Shown here piece after piece: positions 10,254 through 19,726 of a stretch of 64,000 bases of DNA (the first letter of the stretch is position 1; every line of letters begins with the position of its first letter). This DNA is from Verrucomicrobiota bacterium. Its GTDB lineage: Bacteria > Verrucomicrobiota > Verrucomicrobiia > Limisphaerales > Palsa-1400. The translations under genes and the position numbers were made by a program. Below the pieces are notes generated by a model. That model did not search any database, was not told the DNA's origin, and saw nothing but the letters and a program-made list of their open reading frames with translations. The DNA is taken from contig JBEKYR010000016.1 in NCBI GenBank assembly GCA_049510745.1, positions 28,743 to 92,742 of the forward strand. The letters are read 5' to 3'.

Positions 10254-10509
10254 GGGTGAGACGCCTACTTGACATAGCAATACCAGGGACGCCCACAAGC
10301 GAGGGCCAACACCGGGCTGATTGATGATATCCCATTGGGATATTCCGCGTATTCCGCGAAGCCCGCGCGACGGAGAAAAAAAACGCCGCAAGCGGATTTC
10401 GAGGCGGAGGCTCGTCGCTGCAGCGCGGCGCCCGGAGACGGGGCGCAGCGGATCGCCGGCGGGATTTGAGATTTGAGATGGCAGAGGAGGGAGAGGCGTT
10501 GGTTGGGAG

Positions 10510-11469
10510 TCAAGGCAACGGGAGGACGCGGTAGAAGCGGTTGGAGGATTGGAGGGGGTCGAAGAGGAGATTGGTGATGCCGTTCCCAACTACGGGTGAG
10601 CCGAGATTGAACCAGGTGTTGGAGTCGAGGCTGGAGGCCCATTGGACCTGGTAGAGCATGTTGGTGACGGAGTTCCAGGTGACGGCGACGCCCTGGGCGA
10701 TGGCGAGGGTGGTGTCGGGTTTGACTTCCGCCAGGGCGGTGACTTCGGCCTGGCTCAGGGCGTGGTTGTAGATTCTGACTTCGTCAATCACACCGGTGAA
10801 TTTGTAGTCGCCGTATTCGGAGTTGATGCCGATGCCCAAGCGGGCGGTCCCAGGGAAGAGGGGGCCGGAAAAGGAATCGGTATTGGGCAGGAGCACGCCG
10901 TTGGTGTAGTAGGACACGGTGGCGCCGTCCCAGGTGGCCGTGAGGTGAATCCACTGGCCGGCGATCACGTTAGCCTGAGCGATGTCCCCAAAGTCCCAGG
11001 GTTGGGTGCCGTTGGAGTCCAGTTGCACACCAAAGTGACCGCCGGAAATGCCGAACCAGTAGCTGAGGTAGTAGGGAGGATTGCCTTCCTTGGAGAAGAT
11101 GGGTGAGCCAGCCGGATTGTCGCACCGAACCCAGGCGGCAAAGGAGGCAGCGTTGGAGAGCTGGAGCGAAGGGCTGTTCGGGATGTAAACGCCAGTGGCG
11201 CTGGAGCCGTCGAAGTAAAGGGCGGAGCCATGGCGGCCCTGGGTCCAGGTGAGAGCGGTGGCCCCGACGAGGGTGCCGTTGTTGCCGTAGCCGGAGCTGT
11301 CGGTGATGGTGGTGCCCTGGCCTTCGTCGAACGCCCAGTAGCCGACGAGTTCGGCGCGGCTCTGAACAATTGACAAGAGGAGGACGGAGAAGGAAAGCAA
11401 ACGGACCAGAGCACGCTCGTTGGATGCGAGGTTTGGGAAGGCGAGAAGACGGACGGTGTTTTTTTTCAT
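10510..11469 (-). CDS. secreted LamG/concanavalin A-like domain protein with C-terminal beta domain
   Basis: Signal peptide; LVGYWAFDEGQGTT, WIHLTATWDG, FTGVIDEVRIYNHALS; C-terminal YQVQWASSL...W...RFYRV. Confidence 0.85.
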   Translation of the reverse strand: MKKNTVRLLAFPNLASNERALVRLLSFSVLLLSIVQSRAELVGYWAFDEGQGTTITDSSGYGNNGTLVGATALTWTQGRHGSALYFDGSSATGVYIPNSPSLQLSNAASFAAWVRCDNPAGSPIFSKEGNPPYYLSYWFGISGGHFGVQLDSNGTQPWDFGDIAQANVIAGQWIHLTATWDGATVSYYTNGVLLPNTDSFSGPLFPGTARLGIGINSEYGDYKFTGVIDEVRIYNHALSQAEVTALAEVKPDTTLAIAQGVAVTWNSVTNMLYQVQWASSLDSNTWFNLGSPVVGNGITNLLFDPLQSSNRFYRVLPLP

Positions 11470-11694
11470 AGGATTCAGAGTAGCTTCATTCTCGGACAAA
11501 ACTCGACTCGAAGAGTCTGTACCATAATCGACGGGTGATTCTGGGCTAATTCCGGGTTTTTGCAAGCATTTTTTTAAGAGCGCGTCAATCAATAACATTT
11601 TCAACTTCTATCGGTGCGGGTGAATAACATACGATCAGGGAAGGCAGCCGTTTCCCGAAAGGCGCCGGGTATGGGATTAAGCGCAGGCGATTTG

Positions 11695-13044
11695 CTATTT
11701 CGCGGGCGGGGGAGGGGGCATGGACTTCGAAACTTGGGTCACGGCTTGTTGAAGCGTCAGGTGCTGTCCGTTGATGAGTTCGGCCAGCGTGCCGGTCACG
11801 TCGGCGGTGGCGGGAGAGGTGCCTTGCACCATCCAGGTCCCGCCGTTCCAGACCACAATGCTCGTTCCCGGGGCCATGGCCTTGACGAAACTGCCGTTGT
11901 CCGCATAGGAGGCCAGTTGACCATTCGGGTCGGACGCGGTCACGGCCAGCACGCCGGGATAGGCGGCGGGATAGGTGTCTTCCGTGCCGGGCGTATTGCC
12001 CGCCGCGGCGACGATTTGAATGCCCTTTGAGGTCGCCTCCTGAATCAAACTGCCCAGCAATTGACTGTTGCCCGTGCCGCCGGAACTGACGTTGATCGGA
12101 TTGGCTCCGGCGTTGATGGCGGCGAGGATTCCCTCCATGAGATCCATCGTGGTGGTGCTTTCGCCGTTTCCATAAACGATGACCGGCTGAATCATGCTGG
12201 GATTGGCGGACATGGCGCCCAACATGGTTTCGAGCATGCTGGTGGCGTGGGAGGGTTGGTCGGAAGGGGCGGAGGTCTGGCCCACGACATCAATGGGCTT
12301 GAGCATGTATTTCTGGAACTGATCGGGCGCATCGACGGCGGTATCGACCAGGCCGACGATCGGGCCGCTGGTCACGGGCTGCGGGTTGAGATTGAAGAGG
12401 GAACCGGATGGCGTTTGTGTTTGCGCCATCTGCACCGGGGCGGGGGGATCGACAACGTAATTGCCCTCCGCGGCGGCGACGGATGGGTCCGAGGCGAGGG
12501 ATTGCAGGGCGGCGTCGGCGCCGGCGGCGTCGCCAAATTGAAGGCGGTAGAGGCCGATGCGATCATCGCGCCCGACGATTTTGGCGCCGAGTTTTTTGGC
12601 CAGTTGATCGATGGTGTTGGTGTCGGCGCCGCGCTTGAGTTTGACGAGGTCTTCGTTGGCAATGCGGTAATCGCGCTTTTCCTCCTTGACCAGTTGCGTG
12701 GCCGCGCCCGGCGCGGTGCGATAGACAAACAAGCGGGAAACGCCGTTGGTCTGGTCCTTGGCGTAATTGAGATTGCCCAGCAGGCGGCGCAAGGCGTCGT
12801 TCTCCGAGAGGTCCTTGAACTTGACAGAGATCGAATTCGAGGCGCCCGGTTCGACATAGACTTTCCAGCCGGTGGCGCGGGCGATGTTTTTCAAAAGGGT
12901 GATGAGGTCGCTTCGTTGGATGTCGGCATCGACTTGATCCTGTTTGGCGCGCCAATTGAGGGAATTGTTGGCGCGGGCGGAAGCCGCCGCCAGGAACAGG
13001 GCAACGCAGACAACAACGGGCAACCATCTCGGAATTTTCATCAT
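11695..13044 (-). CDS. secreted S8 subtilisin-family peptidase with STN-like N-terminal domain
   Basis: Signal peptide; LVDTAVD (Asp), SHAT (His), AAAGN (oxyanion Asn), GTSPA (Ser), YPAAYPGVLAV. Confidence 0.78.
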   Translation of the reverse strand: MMKIPRWLPVVVCVALFLAAASARANNSLNWRAKQDQVDADIQRSDLITLLKNIARATGWKVYVEPGASNSISVKFKDLSENDALRRLLGNLNYAKDQTNGVSRLFVYRTAPGAATQLVKEEKRDYRIANEDLVKLKRGADTNTIDQLAKKLGAKIVGRDDRIGLYRLQFGDAAGADAALQSLASDPSVAAAEGNYVVDPPAPVQMAQTQTPSGSLFNLNPQPVTSGPIVGLVDTAVDAPDQFQKYMLKPIDVVGQTSAPSDQPSHATSMLETMLGAMSANPSMIQPVIVYGNGESTTTMDLMEGILAAINAGANPINVSSGGTGNSQLLGSLIQEATSKGIQIVAAAGNTPGTEDTYPAAYPGVLAVTASDPNGQLASYADNGSFVKAMAPGTSIVVWNGGTWMVQGTSPATADVTGTLAELINGQHLTLQQAVTQVSKSMPPPPPAK

Positions 13045-13158
13045 CCAGCGTAATATAGCAGGAAACGGGCACAGATGGCAAACCATCCGTTCACCGGCGC
13101 GTCTCACTTCCTGGACAGTGGCCGATGTTGGGGGAGGGGAAGGGTCGATCCACTGGGG

Positions 13159-13285
13159 GGAATGACGAATGACGAAATCCGAATGTCTAAAGAATGCTCA
13201 AAAGACCCAATGACGAAAACGGAACCGGAAGAACTCTCGTCATTCGGGCTTCGTCATTGTTTCGTCATTAGAGCTTCGTCATTCC
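13159..13285. repeat. long imperfect inverted repeat built from AATGACGAA / TTCGTCATT units
   Basis: AATGACGAA at 13161, 13168 and 13209; TCGTCATT units at about 13237, 13250, 13261 and 13275. Outer ends GGAATGACGAA / TTCGTCATTCC are exact reverse complements. Confidence 0.85.
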
Positions 13286-13395
13286 AAGGTTTTTACAGCA
13301 CGAAGGGCAGGGTGGGGGAAGGGGGATTGCGGCGGGCAAATAATTCCCCCATTGAGTGGGATGACACCCAAAATGCTTGAAATAGGGGCGATCCT

Positions 13396-13410
13396 GAGGG
13401 ATAATCCCTC
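13396..13410. promoter_or_regulatory. palindromic operator upstream of the AbrB-like gene
   Basis: Perfect GAGGGAT-A-ATCCCTC, 1 nt before the ATG. Confidence 0.5.
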
Positions 13411-13411
13411 T

Positions 13412-13639
13412 ATGAATGCGACGGTAATCGACAAGAAACGCCGAATGACCCTCCCGGAGTCGGTCTGCGAGGCGGTTGGCCTCAAACCCAATGACCAAGT
13501 GGAATGGCGTGTCGAGGCTGGGGAGATACGCGGACGGCGGCTTGTGGCGCAAAAGCCCAAGGAAGCGTTCCCGCCTGGCTCGTTGCTCAAGTACTTCACG
13601 CCGGAGCGGGACGAGGAAGAGCTGGCGATCCTGTCCTGA
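13412..13639 (+). CDS. AbrB/MazE/SpoVT family DNA-binding protein (orphan antitoxin-like)
   Basis: IDKKRRMTLPESVCEAVGLKPNDQVEW swapped-hairpin pattern; acidic tail. Confidence 0.75.
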   Translation: MNATVIDKKRRMTLPESVCEAVGLKPNDQVEWRVEAGEIRGRRLVAQKPKEAFPPGSLLKYFTPERDEEELAILS

Positions 13640-13841
13640 CTGAAATTGGAATAAGGCGTTGTTTCTGATTTTCCCGCGGGTCGCTCGTTGGTATTCCGCC
13701 GTTGGTATGGAAAGGACGGACACGGACACACACCGACGCACACTCTGGCAGGTTCATTGGCACTGTGAACCGCCTATTGCCGCGAAGGATTAAAATTTCC
13801 TTTCCACGCTTCGAAAATGAGATGCGTTTGCCCTGATCCCG

Positions 13842-15431
13842 TCACCGCGCAAGGCGGTAAAAGCCGGCGGCGCCGGAACTATTGAGGCCGACCCAAACGG
13901 TGTTATTCGTGATCCATTCCTGGGCCGTCACATTCGACCAGGAAACGGGCGGGGTCAAAGCGGAGGTTTGCTGCAACACAAAGACGGTGGGCGAGGCGGG
14001 CCAGGTGAGGACGGTGTTGGCGCCGGCGGGGGCCGCGGACAGGGCCGGAGCGGAAATGGCAAAGAAATCAAACGCCAGCGCATAGGTTTCCGAGGGAGTG
14101 ACGCTTTGGGAGGGGCTGCCGTACTTGATCGCCTCCAGATCGTAGGTGCCCGGTGGAAGGTGCGGGAGATAGAGATGCTGCACGTTGTCCACCGCACTGA
14201 CGCTGCACGCGAGGAGGGTGCTGTTGGTCGCGTTATACAAGAAGAGCGCCAGATTGTTGATGTTCGTCAATCCGGCCTGGCGTTCCCAAACCAGGGTGGC
14301 AGTGAGGGTGGAGTTGCTGGGCACGTTGAATAGGTAGTGGTTGATGGTGTCTTCTCCTGGAGCGTTCGAGATCGACTCAAAATCCCAGCCGAGGAGAGAG
14401 CCGATGGTTTCCCCGCTGGAAATGGGCGGATGAGCGCCGCCGGCCGCGACATTGATTTCCGCCGTATAGGTTTTTTGTCCGGCGGCCAGTTGTTCGTAAG
14501 CATAAAAGAGATTCAGCACGCCCGCGCCGTAGCGGGTATCGAGCGGAGCGTTGGTGGTGTGCGTCCAGTCGAACGGTTTGAGGGCGCCGTTGAGCAGCAG
14601 CGCCTTGACCGTGCGCCGGTCATCGGCGATGGAGATGTTGGGACCGCCATCACCGCGCGCGGCCGCTTGCAAGAGCACGGAGGCGGCGCCCGTCACGTAA
14701 GGCGTGGTGAAACTGATCCTCTGTCCGGGGGCGACCAGGTCCGGCTTGGATCGGCCATTGTCGGCGGTGGGGCCGGTGGCGACGTCGGCGCCCACGCCGT
14801 AGGCGGCGACGCCGATGCAATTGTAGGCCGTGCCCGGAGGCCCGACGCCGTTATTCAAGCCGTTGACCGCCGAGCAAAAGACATTGCCCTGGTCGGCGAT
14901 GTAAGAGTCGTAGGCGGAATTGACCGACGGTTGATCCGAGAGGCTGTCGAAAAAAGCAAAGCTTTGATTGACGACATTGGCGACAATGGCGAGGTCGTCC
15001 ACCACGATAAACGAATAGAAATAATCCGCCTCGTAGTTGAAATCGTGAGCCACGCCGGGCGCCACGCCCTGGCTGGCGCCAAAGAGGGCGAGGGCCACAC
15101 TGTCGGCGTGCGGGGATTCGGCGCCGAGGGAGTTGGTAAAAACGGTGGAACCGCCATTGGTTGAAACCCAGGTGAAGAAACTTTGCGGCTGGCCCACCGT
15201 GGCCGGATTGACCTCGAATTCCGGCGAATTGGTCGAGTCGAGGGCTTCCGGCTGGGCCACCACGACACCGTTGCCGGTCAAGGTCGAATCCAAGGCGCGC
15301 AGTCTGGTCACACCCATGGTGTCCAAATCTCCCGCTTGCCCGGCCAACGGCATCCAGGCCAGAAAGAGGGTGGAAAAAGAACGGGCGAAGGCAAGTTGAA
15401 TTGCGCGGGGCAAGTCAGTCGGCATTGTCAT
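13842..15431 (-). CDS. secreted S8-like peptidase (Glu-His-Ser variant) with C-terminal beta domain
   Basis: LTGNGVVVAQPE, SPHADSV, VNQSF, GRSKPDLVAPG, ISFTTPYVTGAA, VKALLLNGA, YGAGVLN; C-terminal WPAS...LQQTSAL...W...FYRL. Start uncertain. Confidence 0.72.
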   Translation of the reverse strand: MTMPTDLPRAIQLAFARSFSTLFLAWMPLAGQAGDLDTMGVTRLRALDSTLTGNGVVVAQPEALDSTNSPEFEVNPATVGQPQSFFTWVSTNGGSTVFTNSLGAESPHADSVALALFGASQGVAPGVAHDFNYEADYFYSFIVVDDLAIVANVVNQSFAFFDSLSDQPSVNSAYDSYIADQGNVFCSAVNGLNNGVGPPGTAYNCIGVAAYGVGADVATGPTADNGRSKPDLVAPGQRISFTTPYVTGAASVLLQAAARGDGGPNISIADDRRTVKALLLNGALKPFDWTHTTNAPLDTRYGAGVLNLFYAYEQLAAGQKTYTAEINVAAGGAHPPISSGETIGSLLGWDFESISNAPGEDTINHYLFNVPSNSTLTATLVWERQAGLTNINNLALFLYNATNSTLLACSVSAVDNVQHLYLPHLPPGTYDLEAIKYGSPSQSVTPSETYALAFDFFAISAPALSAAPAGANTVLTWPASPTVFVLQQTSALTPPVSWSNVTAQEWITNNTVWVGLNSSGAAGFYRLAR

Positions 15432-15519
15432 GGCAAACGTCGCCCCAAAAAGTGGCACAAGCCGGCTGGAATGCAATAGTTTGATTGAAATTGAGCGGCG
15501 CTCCAAGCATCTTGCCGGC

Positions 15520-16047
15520 ATGAAATGGTTTGTGATTATGGCGTTGCCGGCGATGCTCGCGCTGGCCGGGTGCGAGAAGAAAATGCCGCCGCCGGCCACG
15601 CCCGCGGCCGCCGTGCGAGTCTTTCCCACGCACGCGCAAGGGAAGTTGGCCAGCATCCGGCTTTGGCTCGGGCCGGCGGAAGTTGAGGCGGAAATGGCGC
15701 TGACGGATGAACAGGTGCAGACCGGAATGATGTTCCGCACCAATTTGGAAGAGAACGCCGGGATGATCTTTGTTTTTGGGCGACCGTCCCGGGCCGAGTT
15801 TTGGATGAAGAATTGCACTGTGCCGCTGTCGGCGGCTTATATCGACCCGGAGGGGGCCATCCTGGAAATCCATGACTTGGAACCGCAGAACACTAATTCC
15901 GTTTTCGCCGAAACTTCCAACATCCAGTACGTCCTGGAGGTCAACCAAGGCTGGTTCAAACGGCATCAGGTCGGTACGGGAATGTACGTGCGCACCGAAA
16001 GGGGAACGTTGCGGGAAACATTTTTCCGAAGAAGCGAGGGGCCGTAG
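15520..16047 (+). CDS. DUF192 domain lipoprotein
   Basis: Lipobox LAGC; GMMFR, GMIFVF, FWMKNC, YVLEVNQG. Confidence 0.88.
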   Translation: MKWFVIMALPAMLALAGCEKKMPPPATPAAAVRVFPTHAQGKLASIRLWLGPAEVEAEMALTDEQVQTGMMFRTNLEENAGMIFVFGRPSRAEFWMKNCTVPLSAAYIDPEGAILEIHDLEPQNTNSVFAETSNIQYVLEVNQGWFKRHQVGTGMYVRTERGTLRETFFRRSEGP

Positions 16048-16056
16048 CGCGCCAGC

Positions 16057-17340
16057 ATGAGATCGAAATCTGAAGAACTGTTCGCCGAAGCCTTGCGCTA
16101 TATTCCGGGCGGGGTCAATTCACCCGTCCGCGCGTTTCGGGCCGTCGGCGGGCAGCCGTTTTTTGCGCAGCGAGCAAAGGGCGCGCATGTCTTTGATGTC
16201 GATGGCAACGACTACATCGATTACGTGGGGACATGGGGACCCGCGATCCTGGGGCACGCGCCGCCGAAAATCATCCAGGCGGTGAAGGAGGCGGCAGAGC
16301 AGGGGACCAGTTTCGGCATACCCAATGCGCTGGAGGTCAAAATGGCCCGGCTGGTGTGCGGGGCCGTGCCGAGCGTGCAAAAGGTGCGGATGTGCAATTC
16401 CGGGACGGAAGCCTGCATGTCGGCCATCCGGCTGGCGCGCGGCTTCACCCGGCGGGACAAGATAATCAAGTTCGACGGCTGTTATCACGGCCATGCGGAT
16501 TCGCTTCTGGTCAAGGCCGGATCGGGCGCGCTGACGTTTGGAACACCCGACAGCGCGGGAGTTCCGGCGGCGTTCACGCAACACACGATTGTGCTGCCGT
16601 ATAACGAAAGGGAGCCGCTGGAGGCGGCGTTCGCGGCGAACGAGGGCCAGGTGGCCGGCCTGATAGTGGAGCCGGTGCCGGGCAACGCCGGGCTGTATCT
16701 GCCCAAGCCGGGCTACCTGGAATTTCTTCGTGACATCACGGCGCGGCACGGGGCCTTGCTCATTTTCGACGAGGTGATGACCGGATTCCGGCTGGGGTTT
16801 GGCGGCGCGCAGGAGCGTTTTGGCATTCGGCCGGACCTGAGTTGTTTTGGAAAGATCATCGGCGGGGGCCTGCCCGTGGGGGCCTTTGGCGGGCGGGCGG
16901 ACATCATGGATTGGCTGGCGCCGCTGGGGCCGGTCTATCAGGCGGGCACCTTGAGCGGGAACCCCGTGGCCATGGCCGCGGGCATCGCCGCGCTGGAGGA
17001 ATTGTCCGGCGGCAATGCCTACGCGAAACTTGAGAAGCTCGGCGCGGCGCTGGAAACGGGGATGCGGGAGGCGGCCAAAGGAGCGAAGATTGCAGTGCAA
17101 TTCAACCGCATCGGCTCGATGTTCTGCGGCTATTTTACCGAAGCGCCGGTGCATAACCTGGCGGACGCGATGAAGAGCGACCGGGCGCGATTTGCCAAAT
17201 ACTTCCACGGCATGTTGGAGCGGGGGATTTACCTGGCGCCCTCGCAGTTCGAAGCGGGTTTCATTTCCACCGCGCACACGGCGGAGGACATCGGGAAAAC
17301 GGTGCAAGCGGCCCGGAGCGTTTTTGGCAAGCTGGCGTGA
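16057..17340 (+). CDS. hemL: glutamate-1-semialdehyde 2,1-aminomutase
   Basis: [54 protein letters not shown]. Confidence 0.97.
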   Translation: MRSKSEELFAEALRYIPGGVNSPVRAFRAVGGQPFFAQRAKGAHVFDVDGNDYIDYVGTWGPAILGHAPPKIIQAVKEAAEQGTSFGIPNALEVKMARLVCGAVPSVQKVRMCNSGTEACMSAIRLARGFTRRDKIIKFDGCYHGHADSLLVKAGSGALTFGTPDSAGVPAAFTQHTIVLPYNEREPLEAAFAANEGQVAGLIVEPVPGNAGLYLPKPGYLEFLRDITARHGALLIFDEVMTGFRLGFGGAQERFGIRPDLSCFGKIIGGGLPVGAFGGRADIMDWLAPLGPVYQAGTLSGNPVAMAAGIAALEELSGGNAYAKLEKLGAALETGMREAAKGAKIAVQFNRIGSMFCGYFTEAPVHNLADAMKSDRARFAKYFHGMLERGIYLAPSQFEAGFISTAHTAEDIGKTVQAARSVFGKLA

Positions 17341-17343
17341 TGA

Positions 17344-17946
17344 TCAAGCGCCGGGCGGTTTTTCGGAGGCGGGGGGGAACTGGACGTTGGCGTACACTTC
17401 GGCCAACGCCACGGTGATGTTGAGCGAGGGCAGGGTTAGCTTGCCGTCCATGCCCACGACGTCCCGGAGCAACCATTCACCGCCGGCTTGCCGGATAAAC
17501 TGTTCGATCTGAGGTTTGTCTTGACTCACCAGGAGGTACTCGCGCAGGGACGGAATTTGGCGATAGAGGGCAAACTTTTTGCCGCGATCGTAGCTCTCGC
17601 TGGACTCGGAGAGAATTTCGGCAAGCACGGTGGGATTGAGCAACACATCGACCTGCTCGTCCTCAAATTGCTGGTCGCCGCACGCGACGGAAAGATCGGG
17701 GTAGGTGTAGAGTCCGGCAGCCTGGACCTTGACGCGCAGATCGGTGTTGTATGCCATGCAGGGGCTGCCTTTGAGTTGCTTGCTGAATTCGCTCGTTATG
17801 TTGACAGCGATGATGCTATGCCAGCGGGTGCCGCCGGACATGGCGAACATCTCGCCATCGAGGAATTCGCTTTTGTATTCCGCGCGGCGCTCGATTTCGA
17901 GGTACTCGGCTTCGGTCAACCGTTGAATGGGCTTGGCGACGGCCAT
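17344..17946 (-). CDS. Uma2 family endonuclease
   Basis: EFLDGEMFAMSGG, YTYPDLSV, EILSES, YDRGKKF, LREYLLVSQ. Confidence 0.9.
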   Translation of the reverse strand: MAVAKPIQRLTEAEYLEIERRAEYKSEFLDGEMFAMSGGTRWHSIIAVNITSEFSKQLKGSPCMAYNTDLRVKVQAAGLYTYPDLSVACGDQQFEDEQVDVLLNPTVLAEILSESSESYDRGKKFALYRQIPSLREYLLVSQDKPQIEQFIRQAGGEWLLRDVVGMDGKLTLPSLNITVALAEVYANVQFPPASEKPPGA

Positions 17947-17987
17947 GGCAAAATGTTAATCATCCAGGCGACCTAAAGCAAGGTGAT

Positions 17988-18401
17988 ATGCGCGTTCTTG
18001 GCATCGATCATGGAACAAAACGGGTTGGACTGGCTCTGAGCGACGAGACCGGGACCATCGCCCAGCCGCTGGAGTTTCTTGCCGCCGAACCGGCGGAAAA
18101 GCTCTTGAGCCGGCTTCGGGACATCGTCGCCGAACGGAAAGTGGCGGAGATCCTGGTCGGCATCCCGCGCAACATGAACGGCACCTACGGGCCGGCGGCG
18201 GAGAAGGCGCGGGGATTCGTGGCCGCGCTGGAACAAGTATTGACAGTGCCGGTGAAGACGTGGGACGAACGGCTGACCTCCGTTCAGGCCAACCGCTTTC
18301 TGATCGAAACGGGAATGAGGCGCGAGCAACGCAAGGAGCGCGCGGACCAGACGGCCGCCGCCATTTTGCTGCAAAGTTATCTGGACCATCGCAGCCGGTG
18401 A
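17988..18401 (+). CDS. ruvX: Holliday junction resolvase-like / pre-16S rRNA nuclease YqgF
   Basis: LGIDHGTKRVGLA, VGIP, WDERLTS, D..AA.ILLQSYL. Confidence 0.94.
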   Translation: MRVLGIDHGTKRVGLALSDETGTIAQPLEFLAAEPAEKLLSRLRDIVAERKVAEILVGIPRNMNGTYGPAAEKARGFVAALEQVLTVPVKTWDERLTSVQANRFLIETGMRREQRKERADQTAAAILLQSYLDHRSR

Positions 18402-19141
18402 AACTCAAGCTGACCATCGCTTACGACGGGGCGCCGTATGCCGGCTGGCAGGCGCAAAAAAACGGCGTGGGCGTCCAGCAGCGGGTCGAGGAAGCCGTGG
18501 CCAGAATTTTTCCCGGCGCTGGCCGCTTGCACAGTTCCAGCCGGACCGACACCGGCGTGCATGCGCTGGGCATGGTGGCGCATGTCGAAATCCCCGCGCA
18601 CGAGATGAAGATGCCCGTGGCGAAAGCCGCGCTGGCCATCAATGCGCATCTGCCGCGCGAAATTCGCGTGATGGCGGCGGCGCGTTGCCGGGCTGGTTTT
18701 GACGCGCGGTTCGACGCCAAAGGAAAGCAGTACCGTTACTTTGTCTGGGTGGGGGCGGCGATGAATCCGCTCCTGCGCCACCAGGCCTGGCACGTCACCC
18801 GGCCGCTGGACCTGGGCGCGATGCGGGCGGCGGCGAAGTTTTTTTTGGGCCGGCACGATTTCAAATCGCTGGCCGGCACGCGCAATTACGAGATGAGTTC
18901 CACCGTGCGGACGTTGACGCGCTGCGACCTCAAGCGCCAGGGGCCGCTCCTGACGTTCGTCATCGAAGGGGACGGTTTTCTTTACAAGATGTGCCGGGGC
19001 ATTGTCGGGACGCTGGCGCAAGTGGGGCGGGGGAAGATCGCCCCCGGCGAGATCCGGCACATTCTGGCCCGGAAGGACCGGCGGGCCGCCGGGATGACGG
19101 CCCCCGCCCACGGGCTGGTATTGTGGAAAGTTTTTTATTGA
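18398..19141 (+). CDS. truA: tRNA pseudouridine(38-40) synthase
   Basis: IAYDGAPYAGWQ, SRTDTGVHA, GRHDF, GFLYKMCR, TAPAHGL. GTG start overlaps the ruvX stop. Confidence 0.95.
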   Translation: MKLKLTIAYDGAPYAGWQAQKNGVGVQQRVEEAVARIFPGAGRLHSSSRTDTGVHALGMVAHVEIPAHEMKMPVAKAALAINAHLPREIRVMAAARCRAGFDARFDAKGKQYRYFVWVGAAMNPLLRHQAWHVTRPLDLGAMRAAAKFFLGRHDFKSLAGTRNYEMSSTVRTLTRCDLKRQGPLLTFVIEGDGFLYKMCRGIVGTLAQVGRGKIAPGEIRHILARKDRRAAGMTAPAHGLVLWKVFY

Positions 19142-19144
19142 CGC

Positions 19145-19609
19145 GTGAATGTTGTATTGGTCGAGCCGGAAATTCCGCCGAACACCGGGAACATCGCCCG
19201 CCTGTGCGCCGCGACCGGCGCGACGCTGCATCTGGTGGAACCCTTCGGCTTTCGACTTGACGACCGGCAGCTCAAGCGGGCCGGGCTGGACTATTGGCGG
19301 CATTTGAACTGGCGGCGCTGGCCGGATTGGCCGGCGTTTCAGAAGCAGCTTCCGTCCGGCGCGCGCCTGTGGCTGATCGAATCGCACGGGAGGCGGCATT
19401 ATGCCGAAGTGGAATACCAGGCGGGCGATTTTCTGGTTTTTGGGCGCGAAACGGCCGGATTGCCGCGGAAGATAATCGAGCAGTATCCCGGGGCGTGGCT
19501 GCGGGTGCCGATGTTTCACCGGGAGGTGCGCTCGTTGAATCTGTCCAACTGCGTGGCACTGGTGCTTTACGAAGCATTGCGGCAGCGAGGTTTTGGCGGC
19601 GAGATTTGA
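19145..19609 (+). CDS. trmL: tRNA (cytidine/uridine(34)-2'-O)-methyltransferase
   Basis: EPEIPPNTGNIARLC, RAGLDYW, FGRETAGLP, RSLNLSN. Confidence 0.94.
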   Translation: MNVVLVEPEIPPNTGNIARLCAATGATLHLVEPFGFRLDDRQLKRAGLDYWRHLNWRRWPDWPAFQKQLPSGARLWLIESHGRRHYAEVEYQAGDFLVFGRETAGLPRKIIEQYPGAWLRVPMFHREVRSLNLSNCVALVLYEALRQRGFGGEI

Positions 19610-19651
19610 CTCGTCAAGCGCGCGCGCGGAAGGTAGGTTCAGACCAAGGAC

Positions 19652-19726
19652 GGGCGATTAGCGCAGTGGTAGCGCAGCAGCTTTACACGCTGTGGGTCGG
19701 GGGTTCGAATCCCTCATCGCCCACCA
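19652..19726 (+). tRNA. tRNA-Val (anticodon TAC)
   Basis: GGGCGAT...ATCGCCC acceptor stem, TGGTA D-loop, anticodon loop TTTACAC, GGTTCGAATCC T-arm, encoded CCA. Confidence 0.97.

Noticed and set aside
13159..13285. CRISPR array
   Set aside because: Units are about 9 bp, inverted and irregularly spaced, with no unique spacers and no cas genes in the window.
17344..17946. Uma2 endonuclease as a defence or mobile system
   Set aside because: Solitary member of a commonly expanded family, with no partner genes or flanking repeats.
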